From the NCBI GenBank assembly GCA_050740695.1, contig JBOIDR010000006.1:4677-68676 (forward strand): DNA of 64,000 nucleotides, written 5' to 3'. Position 1 is the first letter of the stretch. Every line of letters starts with the position of its first letter. Of this stretch, positions 22,551-31,787 are shown piece after piece. A program made the position numbers and the translations under genes. The notes under the pieces are model-generated. The model was not told where the DNA came from and did no database searches. It worked only from the letters and a program-made list of their open reading frames with translations. Origin of the DNA: Gammaproteobacteria bacterium (lineage in GTDB: Bacteria; Pseudomonadota; Gammaproteobacteria; JACCXJ01).

Positions 22551-23033
22551 ATGTCAACCGACTTCCTTTCCGTGGACCCCGACATGAATTGGAACGAGAT
22601 CATCGATAAGCTTTTGAGAAGGGAATGCTCGGCCGTCGAAACATATCAACAGGTGTCGCGCAAAGAGCGGCAAGAATCGGGGCGGAACGCGGAGTTTCAA
22701 GAACTAGCCGCCATCCTTAGCGATCATCAGCAGGCCGCCTCGCAGCTTGAGGCCTGGGTCCAGCAGCCGGAACGCCGGACCGATCGCTTCGGGGGATGGG
22801 GTACCTGGTCCAAGGTCGCCATGGGAGCGGCGAACATCTTTGGCGATAGGATGGTGCTCAGGGCCTTAAAGGCAGGTGAGGAGTCCGGCGCCAAACGTTA
22901 TCAAGAGGTGCTGGAGGCTCCCGCCGTGCCGGCGGAGCTGAAGCCGCTGTTTGTCGACCTGCTCGCGAAGCAGCAAGCACATATACGGATATTAGAGGGG
23001 CTCATGTCCAAAAGCTTAGGGCTGCCGGTCTAA
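22551..23033 (+). CDS. Ferritin-like four-helix-bundle protein (DUF2383 / PA2169-like)
   Basis: Helical pattern with ECSAVETYQQV.., ..LSDHQQAASQLEAWV.., ..ALKAGEESGAKRYQEVL. The start is uncertain: TTG at 22524, ATG at 22551 or ATG at 22584. Confidence 0.6.
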   Translation: MSTDFLSVDPDMNWNEIIDKLLRRECSAVETYQQVSRKERQESGRNAEFQELAAILSDHQQAASQLEAWVQQPERRTDRFGGWGTWSKVAMGAANIFGDRMVLRALKAGEESGAKRYQEVLEAPAVPAELKPLFVDLLAKQQAHIRILEGLMSKSLGLPV

Positions 23034-23068
23034 ATCGGGCGAGGGGGCGTCGCAGAAAGGAAGTGGCG

Positions 23069-24409
23069 TCACTGTTCAGCATACGCACTGAGACGGTTGT
23101 AGAGCGTTTTTACGCTGACCCCGAGTAGCTCGGCGGTCTGTCCCTTATTGCCGGCGCAGTGCTCCAAGGTGGCGAGGATCAAACGTCGCTCTGCGTCCGC
23201 TATCTTCATTCCGATCCGTAGAGTCAACGCGTCTCCGGCAGCGACTGGCGTGGCGCCGAGCTCCGGCGTCAGGCAGTGCAGATCGATGAGCTCCTCGGCC
23301 ATGATGAAGGCGCGATGGAGCATGTTCTTGAGCTCGCGGACGTTACCCGGCCAATGGTAGCGGCGCAGTTGGGCCACGACTTCCACGGCAAGGGTCTTGG
23401 CGGTCCCCTCGCTCTGGTTCATCTCGGCCAGAAAATGGTTCGCGAGCAACTCGATGTCTTCCGTGCGCTCACGCAAGGCGGGTAGACGCAGCGGGAAGAC
23501 CTGTAGCCGGTAGAGCAGGTCGTCACGAAGCTTACCCTCTGCGACCGCCTCCTCGGGGGGGCGGTTGGTGGCCGCGATCACGCGTACGTCGGTCTCTAAG
23601 GGCTCATCCCCGCCGACCCGCATCAAGGTACCGGTCTCTAAAACTCGCAAGAGCTTCGCCTGCAGCTCGATCGGCATCTCCGTGATCTCGTCAAGGAACA
23701 AGGTGCCGCCATCGGCGCGCTCAAAGTAGCCCCTGTGCTGGCGCGTTGCCCCGGTGAAGCTTCCCTTCTCATGGCCGAACATCTCGCTCTCGATCAATTG
23801 CGGCGAGATGGCGCTGCAATTGACCGGAAGGAACGGCTGCTTCCTGCGCCGGCTCAGCTCATGGATGCTCTGCGCGGCGAGCTCCTTGCCGGAGCCACTC
23901 TCACCGGTGATCAGCACCGTGGCTGCTGTCGGGGCGACCCGGGCGATCGCATCGTAAACCCTCTGCATCGCCGCAGACGCGCCTATGAGCCGGCTGAAGT
24001 GACCCAGGCTACGGAGCTCTCCATGCAACCTTTGGATCTCCCGCTTCAGGTCCGCCGGACGCGCTACCCGTGACAGGATGCCCTTCAGGTGCTTGAGGTT
24101 GACCGGCTTGATCAAGTAATCGGCCGCCCCCAACCGCAGTGCCTCAATCGAGGTTTGCAGGCTCGGCTGGCCGGTCATTAACACGACTTCCGTGGAACTG
24201 CGGGACTCGACATCCTCAAACAGGTCCATGCCGTTGCCGTCCGGCAGGTGGATGTCGAGCAGCACTAGATCAGGGCGCCGCGCGGACATCTTCTCGCGGC
24301 CCTCTCGTAGCGTGCCTGCTACATCGGTGGTGAATCCTTCGCGGCGGACCAGCTCGGCCAGGGCCTCCAAGGAGCCTTCATCGTCATCGACGAGCAATGC
24401 GTGGGACAT
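23069..24409 (-). CDS. Sigma-54-dependent response regulator (NtrC family: REC-AAA+-Fis HTH)
   Basis: Receiver (ALLVDDDEGS..VLLDIHLPDGNG), Walker A GESGSGKE, GAFTGA-type loop GSFTGA, ..GTLFLDEI.. and a C-terminal HTH (GNKGQTAELLGVSVKTLYNRL). There is no adjacent kinase gene. Confidence 0.9.
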   Translation of the reverse strand: MSHALLVDDDEGSLEALAELVRREGFTTDVAGTLREGREKMSARRPDLVLLDIHLPDGNGMDLFEDVESRSSTEVVLMTGQPSLQTSIEALRLGAADYLIKPVNLKHLKGILSRVARPADLKREIQRLHGELRSLGHFSRLIGASAAMQRVYDAIARVAPTAATVLITGESGSGKELAAQSIHELSRRRKQPFLPVNCSAISPQLIESEMFGHEKGSFTGATRQHRGYFERADGGTLFLDEITEMPIELQAKLLRVLETGTLMRVGGDEPLETDVRVIAATNRPPEEAVAEGKLRDDLLYRLQVFPLRLPALRERTEDIELLANHFLAEMNQSEGTAKTLAVEVVAQLRRYHWPGNVRELKNMLHRAFIMAEELIDLHCLTPELGATPVAAGDALTLRIGMKIADAERRLILATLEHCAGNKGQTAELLGVSVKTLYNRLSAYAEQ

Positions 24410-24746
24410 GGGTCGTATCTGTAAACGTCGAGATCGCCGTCAGCGGCAGCATAACTCTTCCACGGTAACGGGTACTTTCGCCCGGCGCTAGAACCGCGCT
24501 GAATGCCGCGACCTATAGTATGACAATCTCCGCGTGCATGGAATTCAAGGAGAGTTGATACACTTCCCACGAAGCAGGCCTCTGAACCTCTTACTCAGCT
24601 GGACCTGCATCAAGTCCGCTGAATGCGAAGATACCCATTTGAAATCAGTCAGTTACTATGGGGGCTGGCTCGGACACCGAGGCCCAGCGATAGGGGAGGG
24701 ACCGGAGCCCAAGAACATAAATGGAAACAGAAACCCATCGGTTCGT

Positions 24747-25922
24747 TCAAGCCGGCAGCCGCCCCATGAGATCGGCGGGACGGAAGGGGCCCGGCTCGCC
24801 GATGAGGGCCCGGGCGGCGTCCACCTGGTCCCAGACGTTCCACAACAGTACACCGCGCACCCGGCCGGCCCGCAGGTAATAGACCACGCCCTTGCGACAG
24901 GGCTCCTGCCAGTCCGATACGACCTCGAGACCTGGGTCGAGCTCGCCCACCGCCTCGTAGCCCAGGTCGAATAGATCGGAGTAGAAGGACGGCAGGTGAT
25001 GATAGCGGTCCGGTGCTCCGGCCATCGCCCGGCCGGCTGCCCGGCCCATGGTATTGGCATTGTCTTCGTGCTCGACGCGCAAGAATTTTCCAAGTACCGG
25101 GTTATAGAAGCGGGCCACATCGCCGGCGGCATAGATATCCGGAGCACTGGTGCGAAGGTCATGGTCGACGAGGATACCTCCGTCCACCTTGAGCCCCGCC
25201 GCCTCCGCTAAGTGGGTGTTGGGCTCGATGCCGATGCCGGCAACCACGCTGTCGGCCTCGACCGTTTGACCGGTATCGGTCCTGAGCATGCACTTCTTCC
25301 CATAGGGATCGAGGCCGGTGACCGAGCCGTTGGCGAGCACCTCGACGCCTTGCTGGCGGTAGTAGTCGGTCATGAATCGCGCGAGCTCGGGCGGGAAAAG
25401 GCGCGCGCCGATACCCTTGCCTGCGAGGAGGACAACCTCCTTGCCCGTCATCGCGAGCGCCGCCGCGATCTCCGAGCCGATAAACCCGCCGCCGATGACG
25501 GCAAAGCGCCGGCCCCGCTCGGTCAGGACGCGGAGCGCGAAGTAATCCTCCAGAGTGCGGAAATACAGGATCCGATCGCCACCGAACGGGAAGCGGCGGG
25601 GCGTGCCGCCCGTCGCGAGCAAGAGCTTGTCATAGGTATACTCCGTACCCTGATCGTCGATCACCTGCCGCTGCGCCGGATCGACTCGTCCGACCGTGCG
25701 CCCCAGATGCAGGGCCGCGTAGGTGCTGTCGGTCCTGCGCCAGATGCTGTCGATGGTCTTGCCCTTCCACAGTCCTTTGCTGAGTGGAGGGCGGTTATAG
25801 GGTCGATCGGTCTCCGCGCCGATGAGCCCGATCGAGCCGTTGCTGTCCACCTCGCGGATCCCGTGGATGGCGGCGTCGGCGCTCATCCCGCCCCCGACGA
25901 TCAGATAATGGTGGTGTAGCAT
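24747..25922 (-). CDS. FAD-dependent pyridine nucleotide-disulfide oxidoreductase (ferredoxin-reductase/AIF-like)
   Basis: The ATG at 25922 (MLHHHYLIVGGGMSADAA) gives the dinucleotide fold at the N-terminus. A second fold is FAVIGGGFIGSEIAAAL, and the motif IYAAGDVA is present. Confidence 0.85.
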   Translation of the reverse strand: MLHHHYLIVGGGMSADAAIHGIREVDSNGSIGLIGAETDRPYNRPPLSKGLWKGKTIDSIWRRTDSTYAALHLGRTVGRVDPAQRQVIDDQGTEYTYDKLLLATGGTPRRFPFGGDRILYFRTLEDYFALRVLTERGRRFAVIGGGFIGSEIAAALAMTGKEVVLLAGKGIGARLFPPELARFMTDYYRQQGVEVLANGSVTGLDPYGKKCMLRTDTGQTVEADSVVAGIGIEPNTHLAEAAGLKVDGGILVDHDLRTSAPDIYAAGDVARFYNPVLGKFLRVEHEDNANTMGRAAGRAMAGAPDRYHHLPSFYSDLFDLGYEAVGELDPGLEVVSDWQEPCRKGVVYYLRAGRVRGVLLWNVWDQVDAARALIGEPGPFRPADLMGRLPA

Positions 25923-26064
25923 AAGGACCTCGCGGCGTTCTCGGTTCGTGTTTGTCGAGCGAATAGCATGTCCCGCCGTCCCTATAGCCCACGACGAGAG
26001 GGCACTGACCGCCAAGACGCTCAAAGTGGCATTCGGTCTACGGCCCTCAGTTCAGGGCATTCTC

Positions 26065-26319
26065 TCAGCGCTCGGTCCCCTCTTTTGCCTTGTCACCGGT
26101 GCCCTCGAGGGTCTCTCCGCCCTGTTCAATGGCCTGATCCATCTTTTCGCCGGCACGCTCGGCCGGGCCTTCGGGTTCAAGTGCTTCGGCCGCTTTCTCT
26201 GCGGCGTCATCGATCCGCTCGCCGGCGCGTTCGGCGTCACCTTCGGGCTCACAGGCAGTGAGTCCGAATACGAGCACCATGGCGCCAAGGCTTGTTGGAA
26301 GTGGTTTGCCAATATGCAT
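26065..26319 (-). CDS. Small acidic lipoprotein with an internal 24-aa repeat
   Basis: The lipobox is FGLTAC. EPEGDAERAGERIDDAAEKAAEAL is followed by EPEGPAERAGEKMDQAIEQGGETL. Confidence 0.55.
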   Translation of the reverse strand: MHIGKPLPTSLGAMVLVFGLTACEPEGDAERAGERIDDAAEKAAEALEPEGPAERAGEKMDQAIEQGGETLEGTGDKAKEGTER

Positions 26320-26385
26320 CCTGTCTTCTCCTATAGTCGTTCTGTTTCGAATGCGGCCTATACATAGCGAGCTGCGCGGCATCAT

Positions 26386-26649
26386 TCACGGATAGCGCAT
26401 TGTCCACGATAGCGCATTGTCCACGGCCATAACCCCGTCTCCGCGCTCGGCGTTTTCTTCGTCCAGAAGCCCCCCAGTGGCCTTATTGGCCTCGCGCATC
26501 TTTTCGCTGGCCTTGCCCGATGCTTCAATTGGCTGCTCCGCGGCCGTGGCTATTTCCGCCGGCTGCTCGGCGCGCATCTCTTGCCCGTAGCTTCCCAGCG
26601 CCGCGAGGCCTACCACGATCAAACTCATCAGGAAACCGTTTGCGTTCAT
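26386..26649 (-). CDS. Small exported acidic protein
   Basis: The ATG at 26649 is preceded by GGAGG at 8 nt. The N-terminus is hydrophobic (MNANGFLMSLIVVGLAALGS). The 3' end carries a perfect 17-bp tandem duplication. Confidence 0.5.
   Translation of the reverse strand: MNANGFLMSLIVVGLAALGSYGQEMRAEQPAEIATAAEQPIEASGKASEKMREANKATGGLLDEENAERGDGVMAVDNALSWTMRYP
26391..26424. repeat. Perfect 17-bp tandem duplication
   Basis: GATAGCGCATTGTCCAC occurs twice in tandem, read directly. It creates the last 6 codons and the stop of the 26386-26649 ORF. Confidence 0.9.
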
Positions 26650-27175
26650 CACTATGTCCTCCACAAGACCATCCGGCGTCTCGTGGGTACGAGGCCGGCC
26701 ATCATCAGTTTTTGGCGCGGGGCGGTCGTATCACCGAGTGCCCATAAACGTCTGCAACCGCCCCGTCCGCGCTTTCGCCCGCCCTGCGCGGCGTACCCTT
26801 GCCGCGCAGCCTTTAGCCCAACTTTAGGGCCAGTGGAACGAGGGCCGGCGAGCACTCTTCATCTACCCGCTGATGTTGCGGATCGACGAAGTCCTGAACC
26901 GCAATCGGCATTTCTTGTGCCTGGCTAGGCGGGTACCTCTTCGATAGGAAAAAAGCAGTAACTTGTGCCGTGCGTCGTCGGCGGACCCGTGGCGTATGGG
27001 ATCCTGAGGCAGTAAGAACTGCATAGCTGTTTGCAATATTTACACAGTCCGGATCGCCAGGAGAGAGCGATGAGGTGCAACGCCCCGTACCGGCGCTGCG
27101 TGCATACGCCGGCCGGCATCCGCATCGACGACCCAAGACCGATCCCAGGAACCCCGATGATTCTCCGCGCGCCCG

Positions 27176-27316
27176 CTATTTCCTTTTCTTGGGCACGGGA
27201 GCAGCACCTGGCGTTTTCGCCGAGCTCACGCCGAAAGGCGACGCTGGAACGGCAGGTTTTTTCGGTTGCTTGGGTTTCTTAGCTTCACGACTACTGCGTT
27301 TTTGGCCTTTGGCCAT
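27176..27316 (-). CDS. 46-aa Lys/Pro-rich basic protein (absent from the ORF track, probably because of its short length)
   Basis: AGGAGAACTTCAA precedes the ATG at 27316. The manual translation is MAKGQKRSSREAKKPKQPKKPAVPASPFGVSSAKTPGAAPVPKKRK-stop (TAG at 27176-27178). Confidence 0.45.
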   Translation of the reverse strand: MAKGQKRSSREAKKPKQPKKPAVPASPFGVSSAKTPGAAPVPKKRK

Positions 27317-27752
27317 TTGAAGTTCTCCTAATAGGTCACGTAGTTAGATACCCTTAGATCTCGCCTAGCTAGCCATTTTAGTGACCGGCGGTTTTAGGCT
27401 CGGCATCACGAGCGCACGAGAAGCGCACGCCGGATCGGAGACCACGGCGGCCCATCTCGCGGCCGTCGCGGAGCTGTGTGTGGACGTCGTCGGGGGCCAT
27501 GAGGGTAAGCCGCATTGCGGCGTCGAGTATACGCCGGAAGGGACTCCGGGGGCGCACCCCGGTCGGTGACGGCAGGCGGCGAGCGCCCCCGCGGCGCGGG
27601 CAGAGGAGATTGCCGCATCCATCGGGGTGTCCCTGAGGTGTGCCGCGAGCGAGGCCCGGAGCTGGAGAAGCCCTGCGTTCCAATGACATGAACGATGGTG
27701 GCTGCGGCCGGCGCGGCGGCGACCTTGGTCAAGCGCTGGTAATTCGGCGGGG

Positions 27753-29360
27753 TCAGCGCAACGCCCGCCGGAGCACCGTCGCCTCGGGGGGCCGGGTGGG
27801 ATCCGGATGGGGGTGATCCAGGGTGTAGTGCAGGCCCCGGCTTTCTTTGCGGCCCAGGGCGGAGGCCACGATTAGCTCGGCCACCTGGACCAGGTTGCGC
27901 AGCTCGATGAGGTCGTTGGTCACCCGAAAGTTGCCGTAGTATTCCCGGATCTCCTCGGACAGGAGCTGGATGCGGCGGCTGGCGCGCTCCAGGCGCTTGG
28001 TGGTGCGCACGATCCCGACGTAGTCCCACATGAAGCGGCGCAACTCGTCCCAGTTGTGGGCCACGATCACCTCTTCGTCCGAGTCGGTAACCTGGCTCTC
28101 ATCCCAATCGGGGACGCACGGTGCCGGCGGGGCCTCGGGCAGTCCCTCTGCGATGTCCCGGTACGCGGAGCGCGCCATGACCAGGCATTCCAGGAGCGAG
28201 TTGCTGGCCATGCGGTTAGCGCCGTGCAGCCCGGTGCAGGCGACCTCGCCGACGGCGTAGAGGCCTGGCACCGCGGTCCGCCCGCGGCGATCGGTGACCA
28301 CGCCGCCGCACATATAGTGGGCGGCGGGCACCACGGGTATGGGTTCGCGGGTGATGTCGATCCCGAGCTGCCCGCACTTCGCCGCCACAGTGGGGAAGTG
28401 TTTCAGGATGAAGCCGCTCGGCCTGTGGCTTATGTCGAGATACACGCATTCAAGGCCCAAGCGTTTCATCTCGTGGTCGATGGCGCGCGCCACGATGTCC
28501 CGTGGGGCCAACTCGGCGCGTGCATCGAAGCGCTCCATGAAACGGCCGCCATCGGGCAGCAAGAGCCGGCCGCCCTCCCCGCGGATGGCCTCGGTGATGA
28601 GGAAGGACTTGGCCTTGGGGTGGTAGAGGCAGGTGGGGTGGAACTGAAAGAACTCCATGTTGGCGATGGGACAGCCGATGCGCCAGGCCATGGCGACCCC
28701 ATCCCCGGTGGCGACATCGGGGTTGCTGGTGTACAGATAGACCTTCCCCGCCCCGCCGCTCGCGAGAACCACATAGCGCGCGGTGAAGGCGACCACCGCG
28801 CCAGACCGGCGATCCAGGGCATAGGCGCCCACGCAACGCTCCTTGGTTTGGCCGAGCTTGCTGGCGGAGATGAGGTCGATGGCGACATGGTGCTCGAACA
28901 CCCGCATATGCGGGTGGCCGCGAGCCAGTCCTTCCAGCGTGTTCTCGATGGCGCGGCCGGTGGCATCGGCGGCGTGGATCACGCGCCGGTGGCTGTGGCC
29001 GCCCTCGCGGGTCAGGTGGTATTCGGGCCGGCCATCGGCGTCCGGGCTGCGGGTAAAGGCCACGCCGAGTGCGATCAGCCATTCGATGCTCTCGGGTCCA
29101 TGCTCGACCACGAACTGCACGATCTCGGAGTCGCACAGCCCGGCCCCGGCCGCCAGCGTGTCGGCCACGTGGGAGGCCACCGAGTCGCGGCGGTCGAGCA
29201 CGGCCGAGACCCCGCCCTGGGCATACAGTGTCGCGCCCTCCTGCAAGGGTCCCTTCGAGAGCACCGCGACCTCGGCGTGCTCTGCCAACTGGAGCGCGAT
29301 GCCGAGTCCCGATGCGCCGCTGCCGATCACCAGGACATCGTACCGGTGCTGTCTGACCAT
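27753..29360 (-). CDS. nadB: L-aspartate oxidase
   Basis: [13 protein letters not shown], ..RGEGG.L, HYxCGGV and the C-terminal ESRG.HY motifs are present. The gene is divergent from rpoE, as in enterobacteria. Confidence 0.92.
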   Translation of the reverse strand: MVRQHRYDVLVIGSGASGLGIALQLAEHAEVAVLSKGPLQEGATLYAQGGVSAVLDRRDSVASHVADTLAAGAGLCDSEIVQFVVEHGPESIEWLIALGVAFTRSPDADGRPEYHLTREGGHSHRRVIHAADATGRAIENTLEGLARGHPHMRVFEHHVAIDLISASKLGQTKERCVGAYALDRRSGAVVAFTARYVVLASGGAGKVYLYTSNPDVATGDGVAMAWRIGCPIANMEFFQFHPTCLYHPKAKSFLITEAIRGEGGRLLLPDGGRFMERFDARAELAPRDIVARAIDHEMKRLGLECVYLDISHRPSGFILKHFPTVAAKCGQLGIDITREPIPVVPAAHYMCGGVVTDRRGRTAVPGLYAVGEVACTGLHGANRMASNSLLECLVMARSAYRDIAEGLPEAPPAPCVPDWDESQVTDSDEEVIVAHNWDELRRFMWDYVGIVRTTKRLERASRRIQLLSEEIREYYGNFRVTNDLIELRNLVQVAELIVASALGRKESRGLHYTLDHPHPDPTRPPEATVLRRALR

Positions 29361-29470
29361 CCTTCAACGCGTGCCGGGACTCAGGAGGGTGAGGCCGTGC
29401 CGCAGGGCGCCGCCGGAACGCCGCGGCCGCGGACCATAATGCATCGTCGGCAAGCGCGCCGCTCCCCTGC

Positions 29471-29497
29471 GAACTCGGCCTGCACACGACTGTCTAC
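29471..29497 (+). promoter_or_regulatory. Candidate sigma-E/AlgU-type autoregulated promoter
   Basis: GAACTC-N16-TCTAC, compared with the consensus GAACTT-N16/17-TCTGA. It ends about 40 nt upstream of the rpoE ATG. Confidence 0.4.
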
Positions 29498-29537
29498 TAG
29501 GCTGGCGCCGCAACAATAATACAGGGAGAATGCCCAG

Positions 29538-30113
29538 ATGGGCGACACCGGCGCAGATTCGCAGCTCGTCGAGCGGGTGCAGCGCGGCGACAAGAAGGCT
29601 TTCGATCTGCTGGTCCTGAAGTACCAGCACAGGATTTTGAAGTTGATTTCACGCTATGTGCGAGACCCGAGTGATGCCATGGATGTGGCCCAGGACGCGT
29701 TTCTGAAGGCCTATCGGTCTCTGCCGAATTTCCGCGGCGATAGTGCGTTTTACACCTGGATCTATCGGATCGCCGTCAACACCGCCAAGAACCACCTGGT
29801 GGCACAATCACGACGCCCGCTCGAGACCGACGCCACCGGGATGGACGGTGAAGCGATCGAGCCCGCGGCGCTCCTCAAGGATTACGCGACGCCGGAGAAC
29901 TATTTGATCACGGAGGAGATCCAGGAGGCCATCGCAACGGCCATCGACCAGCTTCCGGAGGACCTCCGGACCGCGATCACCCTGCGCGAGATCGAAGGAC
30001 TCAGCTACGAGGAGATCGCCCTGGTCATGACTTGCCCGATCGGCACCGTCCGATCGCGGATCTTCAGGGCTCGCGAGGCCATCGATCATCGATTGAAACC
30101 CTATTTGGAGTAA
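29538..30113 (+). CDS. rpoE: ECF sigma factor RpoE/AlgU
   Basis: DSQLVERVQRGDKKAFDLLVLKYQHRI.., FYTWIYRIAVNTAKN, LREIEGLSYEEIA..CPIGTVRSRIFRAREAI. Confidence 0.92.
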   Translation: MGDTGADSQLVERVQRGDKKAFDLLVLKYQHRILKLISRYVRDPSDAMDVAQDAFLKAYRSLPNFRGDSAFYTWIYRIAVNTAKNHLVAQSRRPLETDATGMDGEAIEPAALLKDYATPENYLITEEIQEAIATAIDQLPEDLRTAITLREIEGLSYEEIALVMTCPIGTVRSRIFRAREAIDHRLKPYLE

Positions 30114-30122
30114 CGGACCCGT

Positions 30123-30695
30123 ATGCGCGACGATACCCTTGAACAGTTGTCGTCCTTCATGGACGGAGAGCTTTCTGATCGAGATCACAGGACGCTCGTG
30201 GAGGCGTGTGTGAACGACGATGACCTGCGGGCAAAATGGGCCCGCTATCACTTGATTGGGACCACGCTGCGCTCCGGCCTGCCCGAGACCCTGATGCGGA
30301 GTCTCCCCGACCGGGTCGCCCTCGCGCTCGACCACGAGCCGGCGATCCTGGTCGGGCGGCGGCCGCGGATACGGGTCGGGCCGGCATTGGGGCTGGCCAT
30401 GGCGGCCTCCGTCGCCGGGTTCACGTTCTACAAGCTGGGTGACTGGTCCCCGAAGGCTCGGGAGCCCCGCCTGGTGTCGCAGGGCGCATCGCCAACCGCC
30501 GACCGGCACCCGCTGACCGAGGACATCCCCCATGCAGCCGTCCTCTGGGGTGGCGAGCGCCACGATACCCCCGAGCGCCTGACCACCTATCTCTTGATGC
30601 ACAACCAGTATGACGGGAGCCTGAGCGGCCCCGAGGTGTCACCGTCCGAGGCATCGCCGTACTTCACGACGGTCGTTCATGACCCGAATCCCTAG
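30123..30695 (+). CDS. rseA: Anti-sigma-E factor (RseA/MucA)
   Basis: LSSFMDGEL...LRAKWARYHLIGTTLR at the N-terminus, a central TM segment, and its position directly after rpoE. Confidence 0.8.
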   Translation: MRDDTLEQLSSFMDGELSDRDHRTLVEACVNDDDLRAKWARYHLIGTTLRSGLPETLMRSLPDRVALALDHEPAILVGRRPRIRVGPALGLAMAASVAGFTFYKLGDWSPKAREPRLVSQGASPTADRHPLTEDIPHAAVLWGGERHDTPERLTTYLLMHNQYDGSLSGPEVSPSEASPYFTTVVHDPNP

Positions 30696-31692
30696 GCCGC
30701 ACCGGCCGGTGCAGTCCCTGTGGCTCGCGATCCTGACGGGGATCGTCTGGTCCGCCGCCGCGGTGGACTCCGGCAAAGAGGCGCGCATGCTCCTGACCAA
30801 GATGTCCGAGGCCTCGCGTAGCCTGACCTACCACGGGACCTTCGTGTCGATCCGTGGCAGCCGCGTGGCCATGATGCGCATCGTCCACCGGGGCGCTGCG
30901 GGCGGCGAGCGGGAGCGTCTGATCTCCCTCATGGGTCCTGCCAAGGAGGTGATCCGCCGCAATGACGAGGTGACCTGCATCTTTCCCCGCGACCGCGCCG
31001 TCGTGGTCGACAGGCGCCCGCCGCGCCAGTTCCTAGGCGCCACGCTGTCGCGACCGGTGGAAACGCTCGCTGCGTACTATGACTTTTCCGTCTTGGGTGG
31101 GGATCGCATCGCGGGCCGTCCGGCCTCGGTGCTCGGCATCGCGCCCAAGACCCCGGATCGCTACGGTTATCGCCTGTGGGTGGACTCGGAGTCCGATCTG
31201 CTGCTCAAGTCGGAGGTGATCGACGGTGGCGGGGAGGTCGTGGAGCAGGTTCTGTTCACGGACCTCAAGGTCCGTTCGAGTATCCCCGAGGCCTGGCTCG
31301 AGGCCGGGATCAGCGGCCAGGGCTATAGTTGGTACACCGGGGCCAAACGCACCGCTGCGGCTCTATCCAGCGCCCGGTGGCCCAGGGGTCAATGGCAGGT
31401 CCGGTGGATCCCGCCCGGCTTCATGGTGCAGGAAGACCAGGCCCGCGCCATGTCTGACGGCACCGAACCGGTCAAGCATGCGGTATACTCCGACGGGCTT
31501 GCGTCCGTATCCGTTTTTACCGAGAAGGCTACCGAGGCGACAGAGCGCATCGAAGGCCATTCGTCGATGGGGGCCCTGAATTCGTACAGCACCTGGGTCG
31601 ACGGTTATCAGGTCACGGTGCTGGGGGAGGTACCCGCGACCACCGTACGGCAAATCGCGGCTTCGGTTGCCTTCGTGCCGGCCCGACCGTGA
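30679..31692 (+). CDS. rseB: Sigma-E regulatory protein RseB/MucB
   Basis: A signal peptide is followed by ..LLTKMSEASRSLTYHGTFV.. and ..YGYRLWVDSESDLLLK.. Its position after rseA fits. Confidence 0.85.
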   Translation: MTRIPRPHRPVQSLWLAILTGIVWSAAAVDSGKEARMLLTKMSEASRSLTYHGTFVSIRGSRVAMMRIVHRGAAGGERERLISLMGPAKEVIRRNDEVTCIFPRDRAVVVDRRPPRQFLGATLSRPVETLAAYYDFSVLGGDRIAGRPASVLGIAPKTPDRYGYRLWVDSESDLLLKSEVIDGGGEVVEQVLFTDLKVRSSIPEAWLEAGISGQGYSWYTGAKRTAAALSSARWPRGQWQVRWIPPGFMVQEDQARAMSDGTEPVKHAVYSDGLASVSVFTEKATEATERIEGHSSMGALNSYSTWVDGYQVTVLGEVPATTVRQIAASVAFVPARP

Positions 31693-31787
31693 CCGAGCCC
31701 GGCGTTATCCGGCGAGATCTCCCTAGCTCCCGATATCGGCCCGGTGGGCTTCGAGCACGACAAGCGTGGAATGAGAAGAGGGTAGTC

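Noticed and set aside
24534-24974. 146-aa plus-strand ORF preceded by AAGGAGA
   Set aside because: Most of it is antisense to the well-supported FAD oxidoreductase gene, and the translation has no recognisable fold or family.
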